The notes: generated from the sequence alone by a model not told the origin. 64,000 bases of DNA from Podarcis muralis (GCF_964188315.1 NC_135656.1:33976001-34040000), one strand, 5' to 3'. Positions 35,190-49,883 are shown, counted from the stretch's first letter. Program-made: numbers and translations.

Positions 35190-38100
35190 TACTGCTATGA
35201 TCATGTAGGCTTAGCACTTTTCATTTTAGAAACGGAATACTACTTTGCAGTGTTTTTTTTTAAAAAAATGTTTAGGGGTACTCTCATTTTGACTCAAGGA
35301 AATCACCATTTTATAGTTCAAATTGGGGAAAATAAATACAGTAAATGGACAAAAGTACAAAGATTCGCAAAATGTTTAGGGGTATGCATACCCCTGCGTA
35401 CCTCCAGAAAAAAGCACTGCTACTTTGTAATCCTCAAAAAAGTGAGATACTGGAGCTGAAGCCATCTATACATGAGTAACATGTAGTTGTGCACACACAT
35501 GCACATTCAGAGGGCGTTCACACACTCAAGAATCCGGGGATCTGTAGTTTGCTAAGGGTCTGGGAAATATAGTTTTGTGCGTGGGTGTGAACTACAGTTC
35601 CCAGAATTCTTTGAGGGCAGTGATTTAAATGTATAGGATCTATGCAGCCTCAGATGTGTGTGGGCTGGTCAGGTGTCATATTGTAGTTGGTCATGCTGTT
35701 ATTTCGTTGTGGCCAAACCTGGGAATGCAGGTAAGCCCTGGCCCAGCTCAAGCTCCTTACTGACCTCTAGCGGTATAAAGAAGCAAGAACAAATGGAACT
35801 GAAGCAAGCCTCAAACTTGCTTTTTAAGTGCAGAGACAGGGGACCTGTGGCCTCCCCCTACAGCTCCCATTATTCTGACTACTGGCCATGCTGGTGGAGG
35901 CTGATGGGCATTGGAGAGCAACAACATCTGGAGGGCCACAGGTTCCCCACCCTGGCTGAAAGTGAACTTTCCAGTTCTCACTGCATATGGGGGCAGGATA
36001 GGATAGGACTGGGCAAGATCTGTGGCTGGGAAGATTTTGCAGAGGACATTTGCGGTGGCACACACTTTCCCAGCTGGTGCTCAGAGGAAATGCATGCCCA
36101 AGTAGCAAAATAAAAAGGGCTGTTTTTGCTGTGTGTGGTTCCTTGTTGCCTGAAATGCACTCTCCAGAAGCCTTTTGCTTTAATCAATGGGAGATTATCA
36201 TATCGACAGAGAAATTCCCTTTTGTTGCAAAGCCAGCTCCTTGCCATTTGGGCTTCAGCTCAACTTTAAACAATAAAGAGTAAATATTGGCTCTAGTTTC
36301 ACATAGTTGTTAAAAGGTGGCTGTTTTCAGCGGCCCTCCAGAGGTTGTTTAATTGAGTCCAACAATACCCAGAGAGCTGCAAAGTCATCCACCCAGATGT
36401 AGAGTTTCTCTACTGCCACCGCCCCACCCCCATGAAAAACTGAAATTAGTAATAGGGTTTTATTATTTATTCATTAATAGATTTGTACCCCACATCCATG
36501 GAGGCCATATATTCAAAATGGCTAACAAGAAAATCCAAAAACCTGTCATAAAAACATCCAATATAATTTCAAATGAAGCTTGCTCTTATTTGGATTCCAC
36601 CTGGCTGAAATCGTTTCAGTTCAAGTCAATCAAATTTCTATAACCAGTTCAGCACAAAATAGAAGAAAAGAAAATGATGCTTAATTTCTTATAGGTGAGT
36701 AATACCCATTTCAGAGTCAGAGCAGAACAAGAGGACCTAGTGACAGAAGCCAGTGTGTTTTAACATTACTTTCTACAATAAATCTGATCTGCTCCAGGGT
36801 GAAGTTCCCTTTGCATCAATGGGCAGAGTTCTTATCTAGACACCACCCAGAAAAGCAGTAAGTACTTTATTTCACAATTCCTTCCCCCCCCCTCTCCATT
36901 TCAGTGTAGAAGGAAGATGGGAGAGAATTCTCAACTGGTTTGCCCAATCACAGCCAACTTGCACCAACTAGGAGTTCTGCAGGTCATGGAAAGGGGTGGG
37001 GCTGTGGTTCAGGAGGCAGGGAATCTCATCAGGATTAAAAGTGCTATATAGAAGCACCTGCCAGAGTCATTCTGCTCTCAGTTGCCCGGTGCTGCATCAT
37101 CAAACAGCTTCCTGGATCGTCTACTCAGCCTGGATTGAAGACAAACACCTGTGCTTTCTTCTTATCCCACTTACTACTTGATACGCCTACTGCAAGCAAC
37201 AGACCTCGGTACATCACTTCTGTAGGGATAACCAGCACACATCAGGGGAACATAAAGAAGAGTGATGATGGAGCAAAGTAAGTGAAGCAGGATAACTTCT
37301 TTATCGCCTTTTTTTTTTTAAAGTGGAGCTTGGAATATGCAAGATCAAGAACAGCAAAAAAGAGTTCTGGCATGCTGAAGTTTACCATTAAATAATGTAC
37401 TGCTTGCGTTTTAAAGGGTTTCCTCTTGTTCTGCCTTCTCTAGCTGATGAGACTGGAAAATATGGGATGTTAAATAGGTTCTGAGCTACTAGTATTTGGT
37501 TTAGCTTGTTGATGGTATTCCTGTGCCTTCCTCTGCCACCTCCTGAAAGTTGTTGTCGTTCTCGTTTGAAGTCTCTGTGCTTTTTTGTGCCTTACCCATC
37601 TTTGAACTCTAGGAGTGAATGAGTAACATAACCATAATTCTGCCTTGGTCCTCATCACACAGGAAGATCACTGGGCATTAGTAGTGGCTGTGCAGCAAAA
37701 CAGTCATCCAGCTAATTTGTCACATGTACAAGTTGGGTTTCACCCTGAAATAATGTGCCACAGAAGTCAATAGTTCATCTCTTTAACTGGTTGAAACTTG
37801 ATCTAAGTGCATGTTGGAGCCATGTTGGGGTGGTCAGTTAGTTTCTGCTCAAAAAAACATGAACTGAAAATATCAGACAGATATCTGTCTGGGATTGTAG
37901 ACCAGGTGGAGGTGATGTGATTTGATGTGATTGATAGGTTGTCAATGGCACATGCACTTATTTCCCACCCCACTCCTCCTCCTTCTATCGCCTCTGGTCA
38001 AAGATGTTCAGCAGGGCTTTGAAGCGCTGAAAGCTCATTTGGCCAGAGGCAATAGCGGTGTCAGTGCCAGCTCCAGGTTTGGCCAAGATGCCTTCAGCCA

Positions 38101-38449
38101 ACCTTTCTCTTTTCTTTTCTGAGTTGACCCACTTTAAACATCTCTGCCCCTTTGCTTGTCCTCACCCTCTGGACTCAAGAGAAATGGTTGCTGCTTCATT
38201 CCTGCTGCTTAAATATCCAAAGAGGACCAATGATTAGGTAGAGCCAGAGATGAAAGAGTAGCAAGGCCAGGAGGCTCTTAGCATTGATGATGGGCTCTCT
38301 GCAGGGGTGTAGACCTTGGCAAGTGCCTGATGATGATGATCATGATGATATCCTGAGCCTAAATGCCAGGGAGGAAAACCAGTGAGTGCAACTGTGAGCA
38401 TCAATGGTTTTACTCTGCTATCTTCAACTCTCTTTGAGGAGGACAGGAG

Positions 38450-38790
38450 AAGAATCTCTTGACTATCTCCATCCTGAAATATCTATAATTCTTTGTGAGC
38501 CTCCTAGGATGGTAACACAAGAAGAGGCCTTCTCTGCAGTGGCTTCCCGTCTGTGGAATGCTCTTTCCAGGGAAGTTCGTCTGGTGACTTCCTTATACAC
38601 CTTTAAGCACCAGGCAAAAATGTTCCTTTTTAACCAGGCCTTTGCATGTTTTGATTGACATCCTATGCCCTTTTAAAATGGGGGGGTTATATATTTTGTG
38701 GTTTTATATTTTGATTTTGTTCTGTGAACCACCCTGAGACTTCTGGGTATAGGGTGGTATACAAATTCAATAAATAAAATAAACAATAAT
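38450..38790 (+). mobile_element. L2 LINE 3' end
   Basis: EAFSAVASRLWNALSREVRLVTSLYTFKHQAKMFLFNQAF, ending in a taaataaa tail. Confidence 0.75.
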
Positions 38791-40315
38791 ATAAGGCCAT
38801 AATAATCCATAATGTAACTGAGAAAATGGAGTCACTCTTTGAAATAGATAGCAACTTGATTCCATGGCTACAACTTCTGTCTACTCAAAATTACATGCAG
38901 AACATAGATTGGAATTTAGATCTTTATTGGATCTTAGTGTTGTGCAAGGATATTTGTCCAAAATTTCAGGCAGAGAGGTTTATCGGTACTTTTCCCTTCC
39001 TTGTAGTTTATAGAGCTGTTGTATATAATTCCTTCACCATTAATGTTATGTCTGCAATCCAGCAAGTGGATTTTCAGGCTTCATTCCTCTTTGTTTCACC
39101 ATACATAGGTCTTATTTTATTTTCTGCAAAGCTCTCATTTATTTCAATAGAATGTACAGTACGGGTGCTTCCAAACTACCGCTATTTTGGGATGGAATCC
39201 AGTCACAGACCAGCAAATTCAGGTTGTGCAATGGTAGTTGAGGTTAGGAATTGTGCAACAAAACTTCTTCCCAAAAAGTTCATGCTTTTTGCTGTAAGGC
39301 AAGTGATGGGGAAATGAACCAGAAAGTGTGGGATAACACCTGTGTCTTCCAACCTCTTTGGAAACAAATCAGGATGACTGCTGAATAAATGGTTTTTGCT
39401 TGAAGAGGCCTCAATGTCATGCAGGCTTGCTTGTAGTCCACACATTTCCCTCTGGCTTTTATCCTTCCTTTCTTATTTGTCTTGCAAAGCAGACAGCTTT
39501 GAAGCCATTTAGGTAGATAACTAAGAGTGCAATAAATACCACAGGGAGAGAGAGAGAGACTAAAATTGTTATTAGTTAGTAAAACATGGAGGCATAAAAG
39601 CAGAATGGTGACCACAACTATTTTTCCCAAGAAAAGAAGAAATGGGGCAGGGGTGGGTGTGTGAAGCATTGTTGCTTGGGAGTGAAAAGTTCAAATGTTT
39701 GACACTCTAAGTAAGCAGCTTCAGAGCATCACAGCAAGATTCATAAAACGTTTAGGGCAACACCTTTCCCATAAGATGTCTTAAATGCCAGATGTCCTGT
39801 TTAATTTCCTTGTGGGTCCCAATTTTGCAGAAAGGAAGTGGGTTATAAGTCTCCTTGATGGCTATGTCTTCCAGTTAATTATTTGCGATCCGAAATAACT
39901 AGCTTCAGTAGAAGTAAATTGCACACTAATGTTTTCAGGACAACAGCCTTGCAGGTAAATCTTACGCTGCCTACAGGCAGCACTTTATTCCATTTACACA
40001 ATGTTTATTACCTGTTAATTTCTGCAGTGAGGCTGATACTGACCCAAGCAAGCATGCATAAAATTGCAACCTTGGCTTCCTCACCGTTAAACATTATCTC
40101 CCCATCTCAGTCAGCCAGTCTCAGGGCCCCTCCTGCCTTGTATGTGTTTGCCTTTTTTGCTGGTGTCTTCTGTGACACGCCACTGATGCAATAATTGTGC
40201 ATTAGTGGTGGATTTACTCTGGACCATCCGCACATTGTTCTGTTTTATTAGCTGCTCTGCTATGCTTCCTCTGTGTTACTGCTTTATAGCCATCCGGACA
40301 GGCACTTTTGCACTA

Positions 40316-40825
40316 CAGTGGTACCTTGGTTCTCAAACTTAATCCGTTCCGGAAGTCCGTTCCAAAACCAAAGCATTCCAAAACCAAGGCATGCTTTCCC
40401 AAAGAAAGTAATGCAAAACAGATTAATCCATTCCAGACTTTTAAAAACAACCTCTAGAACGGCAATTTAACATGAATTTTACTCTCTAACGAGTCCGTTG
40501 ATCCATAAAATGAAAGCAATAAACAACGTACTGCAGTCACACAATCAATCAATCAATCAATCAGTAGCTGAACTGAGTTCCACACAGTCACAAAAACAAA
40601 ACAAAACAAAACAAAAAAGTCACAAAAACGTAAAATAAATAGCAAAAACAGACAGACCTCAGAGTAACGCTCAAAGCGGAAGTGTGGCACTCAAATCAGA
40701 AGCGTTAACACTCAAAACGGAGTATGTTCAGCTTCCGGAAAAAGTTCGCAAACCGGAACACTTACCTCTGGGTTAGCACTGTTTGGGTTTGAGTACCAAG
40801 GCATTTGAGAACCAAGGTACCACTA
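40316..40825. mobile_element. pogo-type MITE, 510-bp variant
   Basis: CAGTGGTACCTTGGTTCTCAAA...TTTGAGAACCAAGGTACCACTA, TA flanks. Confidence 0.85.
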
Positions 40826-41069
40826 TATAGCACAATAAAAATGGGACAAAATAAATAAATAAGCCAGAATATTTGTGGTATGAAAAATTACAGGATTTCA
40901 GCAGACACAAAATGAGGCAGTATGCCTGCCCCGAAACATTTGCAGGCACAAATAGGACTGAAAGCAAGATCGCATATACCTACGCCATCTGTCACGGATG
41001 CTATAGCTGAGATTCCTGCATTGCAGGGGGTTGGACTAGATGACCCTTGGGGTCACTTCCAACAACAAC

Positions 41070-41103
<34 letters not shown>

Positions 41104-42409
41104 ATACCCCACCCACCTTGCTGGGTTTCCCCAGCCACTCTGGGCAGCTTCCAGGACATATAAAAACATAACAAAACATCTGCAATGCTATGATTCTACC
41201 CCAATACTATCGCAAACACAAGCACAATGAAAAGGATGTTTGGAGAAGCCCTATGATCCTTTAAAAAGATTAGAAAGGACAGGATGGCACAAGATTGCAC
41301 CTTAAGCTGCATGTCCAGTGACCACACTATGGGCTTGGGAAAGATGTGGGGCCATAACTTCTATCCAACTTTGCATATGGTTTAGCAGTTAAACTTTAAC
41401 TCATCTGCTAGCGTGGACTAAAGTATATTGTCCATTGATGAGCTATGTTTGGTCTGTGTGTTGCCCAAACCCCTATGGCCACGTGAAGGTAGACCTGGGA
41501 ACAAATGAGGAGGGGAGTGGCTTGATTTACCACAGGCACTTCTGCATGACCGAAAGAACTCTTCCAGAGTCTCCAGCTTGGTGCAAATACTTCCAGTTGC
41601 AATGGGTGTAATTAACTTAGAAGCACTCTCTGTTGCTAGATATCAGCAAGGGCTGAGTCACAGGGAGGAGACACCAAAATGACTAGGGTGAGCACATGCA
41701 GTGACTCTAGCTGGGATGCCAAGTGTCTATTAGTGGTTCAGGCATTTGTGTTTCCTTGAAAGGCTCTTAGGCACAAAACTGGCATCTCTCCATCCCCATC
41801 AGCTCCACATTGTTTGTTCTGTGGCTGGTTCTCCCTTGCATTCCTGTGTGGCGGATAGGTAAGGCGGCGTTTATGGATCTGCGCTACCCATAGCAGGCAA
41901 TCTTAGGTGCTTGAGGCTGCAATCCATGTATACTTATAGTTGGGAGTAACTCCCATTCAGCTTAATAAGGTTTAATAGGGTGCTGAGCTTCTCTGCTGTC
42001 GCGTCTCAGTGGCCAAAGCAGGTAGATGTCCAGAACCCACACCTGCTCCTGAAAGAATTAGCAGGAGGGATCTATAAGATTGTACCAGTTTCTCTTCCCT
42101 TCCTTCACATGTTTTGCTAACTCTCTCGTAAGCTGGTCTCCAGCACCCAGTTGACTTCTGTTGGCTTTGGCCCATAATTTTCCAGCTGTAAGTATCTGTG
42201 AGAAGGGAGGAGACTGCCAGTATCCACGTTTCAGCCTTGTGACATTTGGCAAGTCAACTCCCAGAGTCATCATACCAAGCATACCTGTCATAGGTATCAT
42301 AGGTGCCAGATTGCCTCTTAATTTCCAAATCTGATCTCCCGGCTGCAGAGGCATGCTGGAGACTCAATGAAAATATGGAGCAGGGGGACGCAGTTTTAAA
42401 TCCTTGCAG

Positions 42410-42577
42410 ATAGGTAGCCGTGTTGGTCTGCCATAGTCAAAACAAAAAAAATTCCTTCCAGTAGCACCTTAAAGACCAACTAAGTTAGTTCTTGGTATGA
42501 GCTTTCGTGTGCACGAAAGCTCATACCAAGAACTAACTTAGTTGGTCTTTAAGGTGCTACTGGAAGGAATTTTTTTT
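42410..42577. mobile_element. Penelope-like terminal fragment in inverted configuration
   Basis: gtagcaccttaaagaccaactaag...cttggtatgagctttcgtg resembles the squamate Penelope terminus as I recall it. It forms a 71+2+71 perfect palindrome; 17-bp TSD GTTTTAAATCCTTGCAG at 42393-42409 and 42578-42594. Confidence 0.7.
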
Positions 42578-45500
42578 GTTTTAAATCCTTGCAGTTCTAT
42601 CAGATTATGGGCTCCCCTTGCCTACCCAAGATGAGAATTACATAGGAACTCTGTGCCGGGGATATGAAATGATGACCAGGTTAAAGGACCAGCTATCAGA
42701 GTGCTCTTTTCCAGATGACATGAAGGAGCCATGGGTGTTTTGAGATGCCAAACGCTGATCCCATTATTTTCATTATTATGTATTTATATACCGCCTTTCC
42801 TTTCAAGAAGAAACACCAAAGCAGTTCACAAACCACAATCAACCGCAAAATAACAAGAATAAAACCAAATGGTAAAAATGCAGCCATACAGGTCTAGCAC
42901 AGGTCTTCCAAAGCTCTGGAGCGATAAAATCATTTCCTGGGCAATGAAGTAGATCCCATGTTTATGAAGAAATAAAATGAGGTATTTTTTTATTCTAATG
43001 CAATGGTTTGACTCTCAACACTACTTCTAAAAGAGACGCGTGTTACAGGTAGTTGCAAAATGCGATCAAAGTGATGAGGTGACAAATATACACATGGCAA
43101 TAATCTGCAATGGATTTTATCACTTCATTTGAAAATTGGGAACGCTCATATTTATGTAAAAACTCCAAACTGGTACCACCACTTTTTAAACCATTCCCCC
43201 CCCCTACTGCCACAACTTTTATTTAGCATAGCCCACAAAGAAAAGAAAATATTATTTGCTGCATAGTTGCAGTTTTAACTGGTGATTCAAGCATGCATTT
43301 TTTTCTTTCATGATTCCACAGCTGCCCCCTCGCCCAAATGAAATATTTGTGCAGATCAGGATTCCTCAGTTTCATCACAGAAAAAGGATACATAATCCCA
43401 GGTTTCTAGCTCTTAAGACTGCCATGGAAAGCTTAAAAGAGGGTAAATCTCAGAAACCACAATATGAGTTAGGGATGGGTATTAGTGCCCAGCCTTTTGT
43501 CCCTCCCTAGGGCTAGCAGAATAAGCATCAGAAGCAAGGATGTTGCAACACTTTAAGTGGCATACTATGTCCTGTCATAAACCTTGGGGGCAGAGGATAT
43601 AGTACACAACACCGTCACCTATTACAGTTTTGAAGTGGCACATATAAAATAACCCACAGAATTAATCTTACAGATGCTAAAATTTTGCACTTTGAAAAAG
43701 ATCAACTGTACTCACCCAAAGCCAGACCAGATTTCCTTTATTGTTTAAATGCTTAGGGCCAGATTCAATGAAGCTTTTGCGCTAGAAGAAGCCAGCGCAA
43801 CGAATCCTACTAGGGCAATGCTAGTACATTGTCACATTCCAGCCAAGCAAAGGACAGGGTGTGGGAAGAGTCAAGAGGCCTGGAGGGCTTCACTCAGTCT
43901 CCTAGGCCCGAGATTTCCTTTCCTTGCTGCAAAATATGCAAGGCCCCTAGCCGATTTGTGCCATGCAACAAGCATTCACTTTTGCTTAATCACCAGTTTC
44001 CTCAGCCCCTCCCCTAAAAAAAAAAAACCCATTCTATACTGAAACCCATCCCAGGTTGAAAACAATGTAGGGTGGAGTGATTTGGTCCAAGCTCCATCTT
44101 CTCCTTGACTCACATTATTCTGCTTCCTTCCTCTAAAACTTCTCTTGATTTCAAGCCAGGAAGGATCATTGCAGAGCTTCTTTTCACGCCTTCCTACTGA
44201 ACTGCTAAATAAAGGTGGGATTGGGAGCAAGATCACTACAGACCTGTCCTCCCCCCTGACAAAACAGTCTGGGAGGGATGGCTAAATTGTGGCCCTCCAG
44301 TTGTTGTTGGATTCCAGCTCCCAGCAGCCCCAGCCAATATGGCCAGTGGTCAAGTATGAGGGAGGTGTCGCCCGACAGCAACCGGGGCACCACAGAGTTC
44401 CTCATCCCTGCATTACAAGAGCAACACCTAGAATTTGGGTCTTTTATTGTGAGCATATCAGGTTTGGTGCATATCCCTCACACCCTTAGAGTGAATGGAG
44501 ATCTCATAAGCCAGTAGCAGCTCATGCCATGGTGACAACACTAGTCCCATGACTGTGGAACCAACTGTTGCTAGACGCACCAATTAATCGTCAACATACC
44601 TCGATTTTCTCGTTTTTGTGAATAAGGAAACCAAGGCACACAGGAAATGTAGCGAGGCGTCTGGAAACGTGGGCTGAGTGCCTGAGTTCTACCTCAGTGC
44701 TCCCTTGAACCAGTCAGATGGAAACAGGTGGAATGCCAAGGAGGTGACTCCATTTTGTTTGTGGCTTCCATCGCACCAGACTAATGAAGAGATAATACTG
44801 TGAGAAAAACACTCTGCTCCCTGAAGGTCTAGCACATGGTGAAGTTGTTTTCTTCTTCTTCTGAGTAGCATGAAATGAAATTTAAAAATACATAGAATCA
44901 AATACACCCCCACTCCTGATTTAGTGCTTTTGAAGGTCCACAGCAGGAGCCTGAAGCAAGTGGAAACCGGTGAAGTTGGAATGATATTGGGAGTTATATG
45001 CTCTGTGAAGTGAACCCATGTTAAGGGTCCTCCAGACTGCAAATCCACAACCCCTTCATGCTCAAATGAAAAGGCTGAAGCTCATCTCAGCTTTATTAGA
45101 CGTTTGGAATAAACTGGTTTTCATCCAAGTGCTTCAGCTCCACTGGGCTGTGAAAATACTAGTTTGGATGAGACACTAGTGTAATGAAAAGCAATGAGGC
45201 CTATTTAGCTGAAGAACATAACCATGCTGGATTAGGTGTTTCTTTTTCACCTGCCCTGTTTTAAGCTGCACAGAGCCCCTTGTTTTGACAGACGGGAAGG
45301 GGGGGGTGTGTCCTAACAAATCTCATAAGCCTCAACAAACTACAGTTCCCAGGATTCTTTGGGGTCCGATAAATCTTTGATATAAGCTTGGATTTATAAA
45401 CCATTGGTGCCATAAATAAAAGCTGGGTGCTAAAAGAAATGTGAACCAGCAACCACTCTCCTTGTGAACTCAGTTATCAGACTGCAAGAGAATTCAGTGT

Positions 45501-48500
45501 ATAGCAGATTTTAAATAAATACATTTTCAAATAAAGTAAGTTGAACCAGTAGATGCTTAACCTAGAATAGTGATAAAAGTGTGCTGCCTATGTGGACTGA
45601 TTTTATCCTTGCCCTGTAGTGGTTAGAACAGTTGATGTGCCTCCAGAATCCAGGGGGGGGGGGCGGTGTAAATTTATTGTTACTTATGGTTATGTTTGTA
45701 GCAGCACATTCCTCTTATAAATACTTGACGTTTTGGTTCTGAATGTCTGGTTTCATTACTGTCCTCTGTACACCATGGTTTTTGCCGCCTCCCTTTATTT
45801 GTAGAGCCACTCTGGTGTTGGTGGGAGTGGCAATGGCAAGATGTCTTTCCAAGATCCAGCAGCTTTTCTTCCTCTCTTGAGTATCCCACAAGGTGAGGCA
45901 GTCTGAATAGCTGCCAACTTCTGACATCCCTACGATTCTCTCCAAACAGGTTTGCCTAGTCTGGGCATGAGAGGAAAAAAACCTTGAGCTGAGCTGTTCA
46001 TTTTGTGGCTTCTGTAGTACTATTGACATCGCTTCCTGGCTTCTCTCGATGGCTTTCTCCTGGGCTCTTCTTGCCATGCTGACCTGTCCTTACACCCCAA
46101 TGGAAACGAATTGCCAAGCTTAACAAATGGAGCTCTTTAATGCAGCGGTAACATATATCCACAAAACCCTACGTTAGGCTGGTAGGTCAGCCATGCATCG
46201 TCTCAAAATGGGTGGAACAGAGAGCTATGAATCTCCAGAGTTTGTGGATTTAAAATCTGGCCTGCTAAGTCTCACATTGATTGACTTTGGTTTGTTGACT
46301 TGAAAAGTTTTTTGAAATCTTGCTGCATAATCCTTTGATGATCTCAGCCTGGCTTTTCTTTTCTCGTCATAGGAACCTTTTCCACAACCCTCTTCTCCCT
46401 CCTATATTACATCATAGAGCCTCTCTTCCATTGGGATTGGTTGCATCATTTTCCCGACTTTCCAGCTGATAATACCCAAAGTCTGCTTTGGGTGGATCTA
46501 CACACGGGGGGCAGGGGGGGGATGCTATAAATAAGTCAGAAATTGAATCGTTATAACAAACGAGGGAAAAAAGCTATGTAAAAATCGCTTCGTTGTTTGT
46601 TTGTTTTTGCTCTCTGGGGCCATCTTGCATGTTTATAACGAATTCAAAATGTTGTTTTTTTACTAATGTAGCTGAGTCCTTTGTCTGTGATACTGTTTCT
46701 CTTGAGAAGTTTGAGCCAGTTGGATATTGTTCTGAAACCGGGATGCCAACTAAATCACAATCCTGGTGATATCCTTAGTCTTTATCTTCAGGAGTGTCAG
46801 AGTGGGCTGGCAGCAAGTTTCCACTTAGAAAACCAGCAGTTTGGGCTGCTTCTATAGCTTAGCATAAGAACCCCAGAATCAGGGAATTGTTGAGAATGAG
46901 ATAAACCAAGCAGTCCTCTGATCCACGTTCCAAGGCAAAAGATGCACCAGACATTTAAGCATCGCTAGGAGATGAGCACAAGATATTCAGATGGCGGTAT
47001 TCTGCGATCAGTTTACCCACCACGCAGAATTGCAGCATCTCCCGGGGGGTGGAATAACCTACATTCTTGATTAACACACCGCAAGGTTGCACAACATTTC
47101 TGTGGAAGGAAGCAAACCTTTCTGCTGAAACTTCAGGGGATACTCAAGTAGGCAGATCGTAATTGCTCAATTTGGGAAGAACCCAAAAACACCTGCAGTG
47201 TTTCAGGACACCAGCGAGCAAGGTTTTGATCTTCCATTTTCCCTAGGTCACTGCACATGCATAAAGAAGTGAGCCATAGTAGGGCATTCACTCAGACGTC
47301 TCACTGGGAAAACCTGTAAGTCCAAAGCTTGCATGTTATAGAAAGTATGTGGAAGTTAACTTAACGTGCAAAAAAAATCAAAACGGAACTAAATTTCCGA
47401 TACTCAAACTTCCATAGCTAGTTTCCTTTGCTTTAGTGTGCATGTGCCAAACATATGTCTTGAACAATTAGAATACAACCCAAAAACACATTCAGGTACA
47501 ATACTTGTAAAAGGTTGGTGTGGTGTGATAACACACACAGTTGACTTCTATAGACAGGGAAAGCGAAATTTCAGTTACCATACTAGCACATAAGAATGTG
47601 CTCTCTTAAATATGGGGTAGCAGAATATATTTACACTACATTTTGTTACCTCACTCTATGTGGATAGAGTTCTTTCTGATATATGGGAGGCCACAAAGAG
47701 AAATGACTGGACCTGCTTTTGCAGTAAGAAAGACAAACTTGATAGGTGCAAGAGAAAATTATTTGATAAGCAGAGTTGTACATTTCCCACCATGTTTTGA
47801 ATATACTTTTCCTGGGGAAACTAGTCAGCTTTTAAATTTGAAACTAAAATTCTGATTCAGTTCAATTTCTTCCATCTTACTCCAGAGCAAATCACATCTA
47901 TGCAGTGCAATTTAAAGCATGTGGCGTATCCCCCCCAAATAATCCTGGGAACTGTAGTTTGTTAAGAAAGGTGGGAATTGCAGCTCTGTGAGGAGTACAG
48001 AACTTCTACCAAGATTCTTTGGAGGAAACCATGTGCTTTAAATGTATGGTTTGCATACGAGACAATTGTACAGGCTAACCTGCTGTATACATTGAGAGAG
48101 AGAATATCTTGCCTTTACGATCAGGAAATAGAATTAAACTTTCTTGCCATTGTGCAGCTATGAAAGGAGACTTATCTGGAAAGAGCTTGAAATCAAGAGT
48201 ACTGTTTTCTCAAACAAGATACCAGGTAGTTTCCCAGAAAAATACTGTGTTTAGAAACCAGCCTGGTATCTTATTTCCTGGTGTCGTCGTTTTTAACTGT
48301 TTTAACCTCCATAGTCAGCATGCCATACAGTTGCATATTCTGGTGGGAGGGATTTGGGTCTGAGTAGACCCATGGGGTAGTCTTGAGTAACCCTCACCCA
48401 TAAAATAAGAACAAAGAGAGATGGGTGGGCATTGTAAAGTAGATTGGCTGGTGTCATAAGTGTCATAAGAAGCAGTCATAGTTTTAAATCCATGGGACAG

Positions 48501-49656
48501 CTTTACCAAGGCGACAAAAGGCCTATATAGAAATGCTGAAGAAGGAATAGGAAGTTTTGCCTGTAGGAGAGGACAGTTGTTTTCTCGTTGTTATGAAAAG
48601 AACCAATTAAAGGCCGCTCACAGTCTGAAGCAGTTTCTGCCTTGGAGGCAAAATACTTAAGCGTGTTGGAAGGGGTGAAACCTCCACTGGCCTGTGTGCT
48701 GGTTTCACAAGATGCCTCTCCAGAATGCATTTGCTACAGCCATAAATAATGGGCATGCAAATCAGCACGTGTGGCGGTGGCCCTGCCTGGCTGACCTACC
48801 GGCTGTGCTTCCTTTCAGCAGCAGCCAAGGAGCCTGTTTCGGCATGTGAGTGTCACCAAGCAAAAGCAGAACACCAGCCCCAAGATTCCTCTGTTCTTGC
48901 ATATATTGTCTCCAGCTAGGATCAGGACAGCGATAGCTCTCTGACCTTCCGCCTGTTTTCTTTCAAAAGCTAACCCTGCAAAGCCTTCATCACAAAAGAC
49001 TTGAATCACCTATGTCCCGATTCCCCAAAGGCTCCCTCCTTCCAGGAGAGCCCTGCTTTGTGGAATAATCTCTTTAACAAAATGAAAGCTACTTGGCCAA
49101 CTATTTTATCTAACAAAGCCAGACCTCTGTGGCAGGTTTGACCAGTTGAGCAGGCCCCCCGCCCTATTTTCCAGACCCCAGCCTTAAAAAAAAAAAAACA
49201 TGAGCCTGGGAAGTATCCGAAGGGGACATCCAGACCAATCCCTCCCCTAAAAAAAAATTCCAATTCTCATTAGCCCAGCCAGCATAGCTGAAGGTCAGGA
49301 ATAATGAGAATTGTAGTTCAGCAACTTCATCAATGGCTGAACAAGTTTCAAGTGAAGGCACTTCCCAGCGCCTTGCAGGTGATGGCCCCTCTTGCCCTGG
49401 TTTCGCCTTTCCCAACCAGACACCTTCCAGATGCTTTGGACTACAGGACCCATCGTTCCTAACCATAGGCCATACAGGCTTCTGGTTAATGGGAGTTGTA
49501 GTCTAATAACACTGGGAAGGTACCAGGTGGGGGAAGGCTGTCTAATCTTTTTCTTTTGAGGAAGGAGAACAGGGGGCATTTGCATTGACCAGATAGCAAA
49601 GGGGTTACAGCCTTATCTTTTAACCAAAGGAAAAAGGATATAACCAAAGGAAAAAG

Positions 49657-49883
49657 GTGGTACCTCTGGTTACGAAGTTAATTCGTTCCGGAGGTCTGTT
49701 CTTAACCTGAAACCGTTCTTAACCTGAGGTACCACTTTATCTAATGGGGCCTCCCTCTGCTGCTGTTGCACCGCCACTATGTGATTTCTGTTCTCATCCT
49801 GAGGTAAAGTTCTTAACCCGAGGTACAACTTCCGGCATAGCGGAGTCTGTAACCCGAAGTGTTCGTAACCCGAGGTACCACTG
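49657..49883. mobile_element. pogo-type MITE with damaged left end
   Basis: Right TIR ...CCGAGGTACCACTG-TA intact; left begins GTGGTACCTC without TA-CA. Confidence 0.85.

Noticed and set aside
37226-37277. 52-nt plus-strand AG...GTAAGT-bounded segment
   Set aside because: Isolated; only one open frame with an unrecognised peptide; likely chance.
42058-42354. 98-aa minus-strand ORF beside the palindrome
   Set aside because: No Penelope RT or GIY-YIG motifs and no other recognisable domain.
45680-46490. 120-aa minus-strand ORF (46077-45715) and a short terminal-exon-like frame DFGYYQLESRENDATNPNGREAL*
   Set aside because: No similarity to any protein I recognise (including FADS6, the mammalian downstream neighbour); lengths are within chance expectation.
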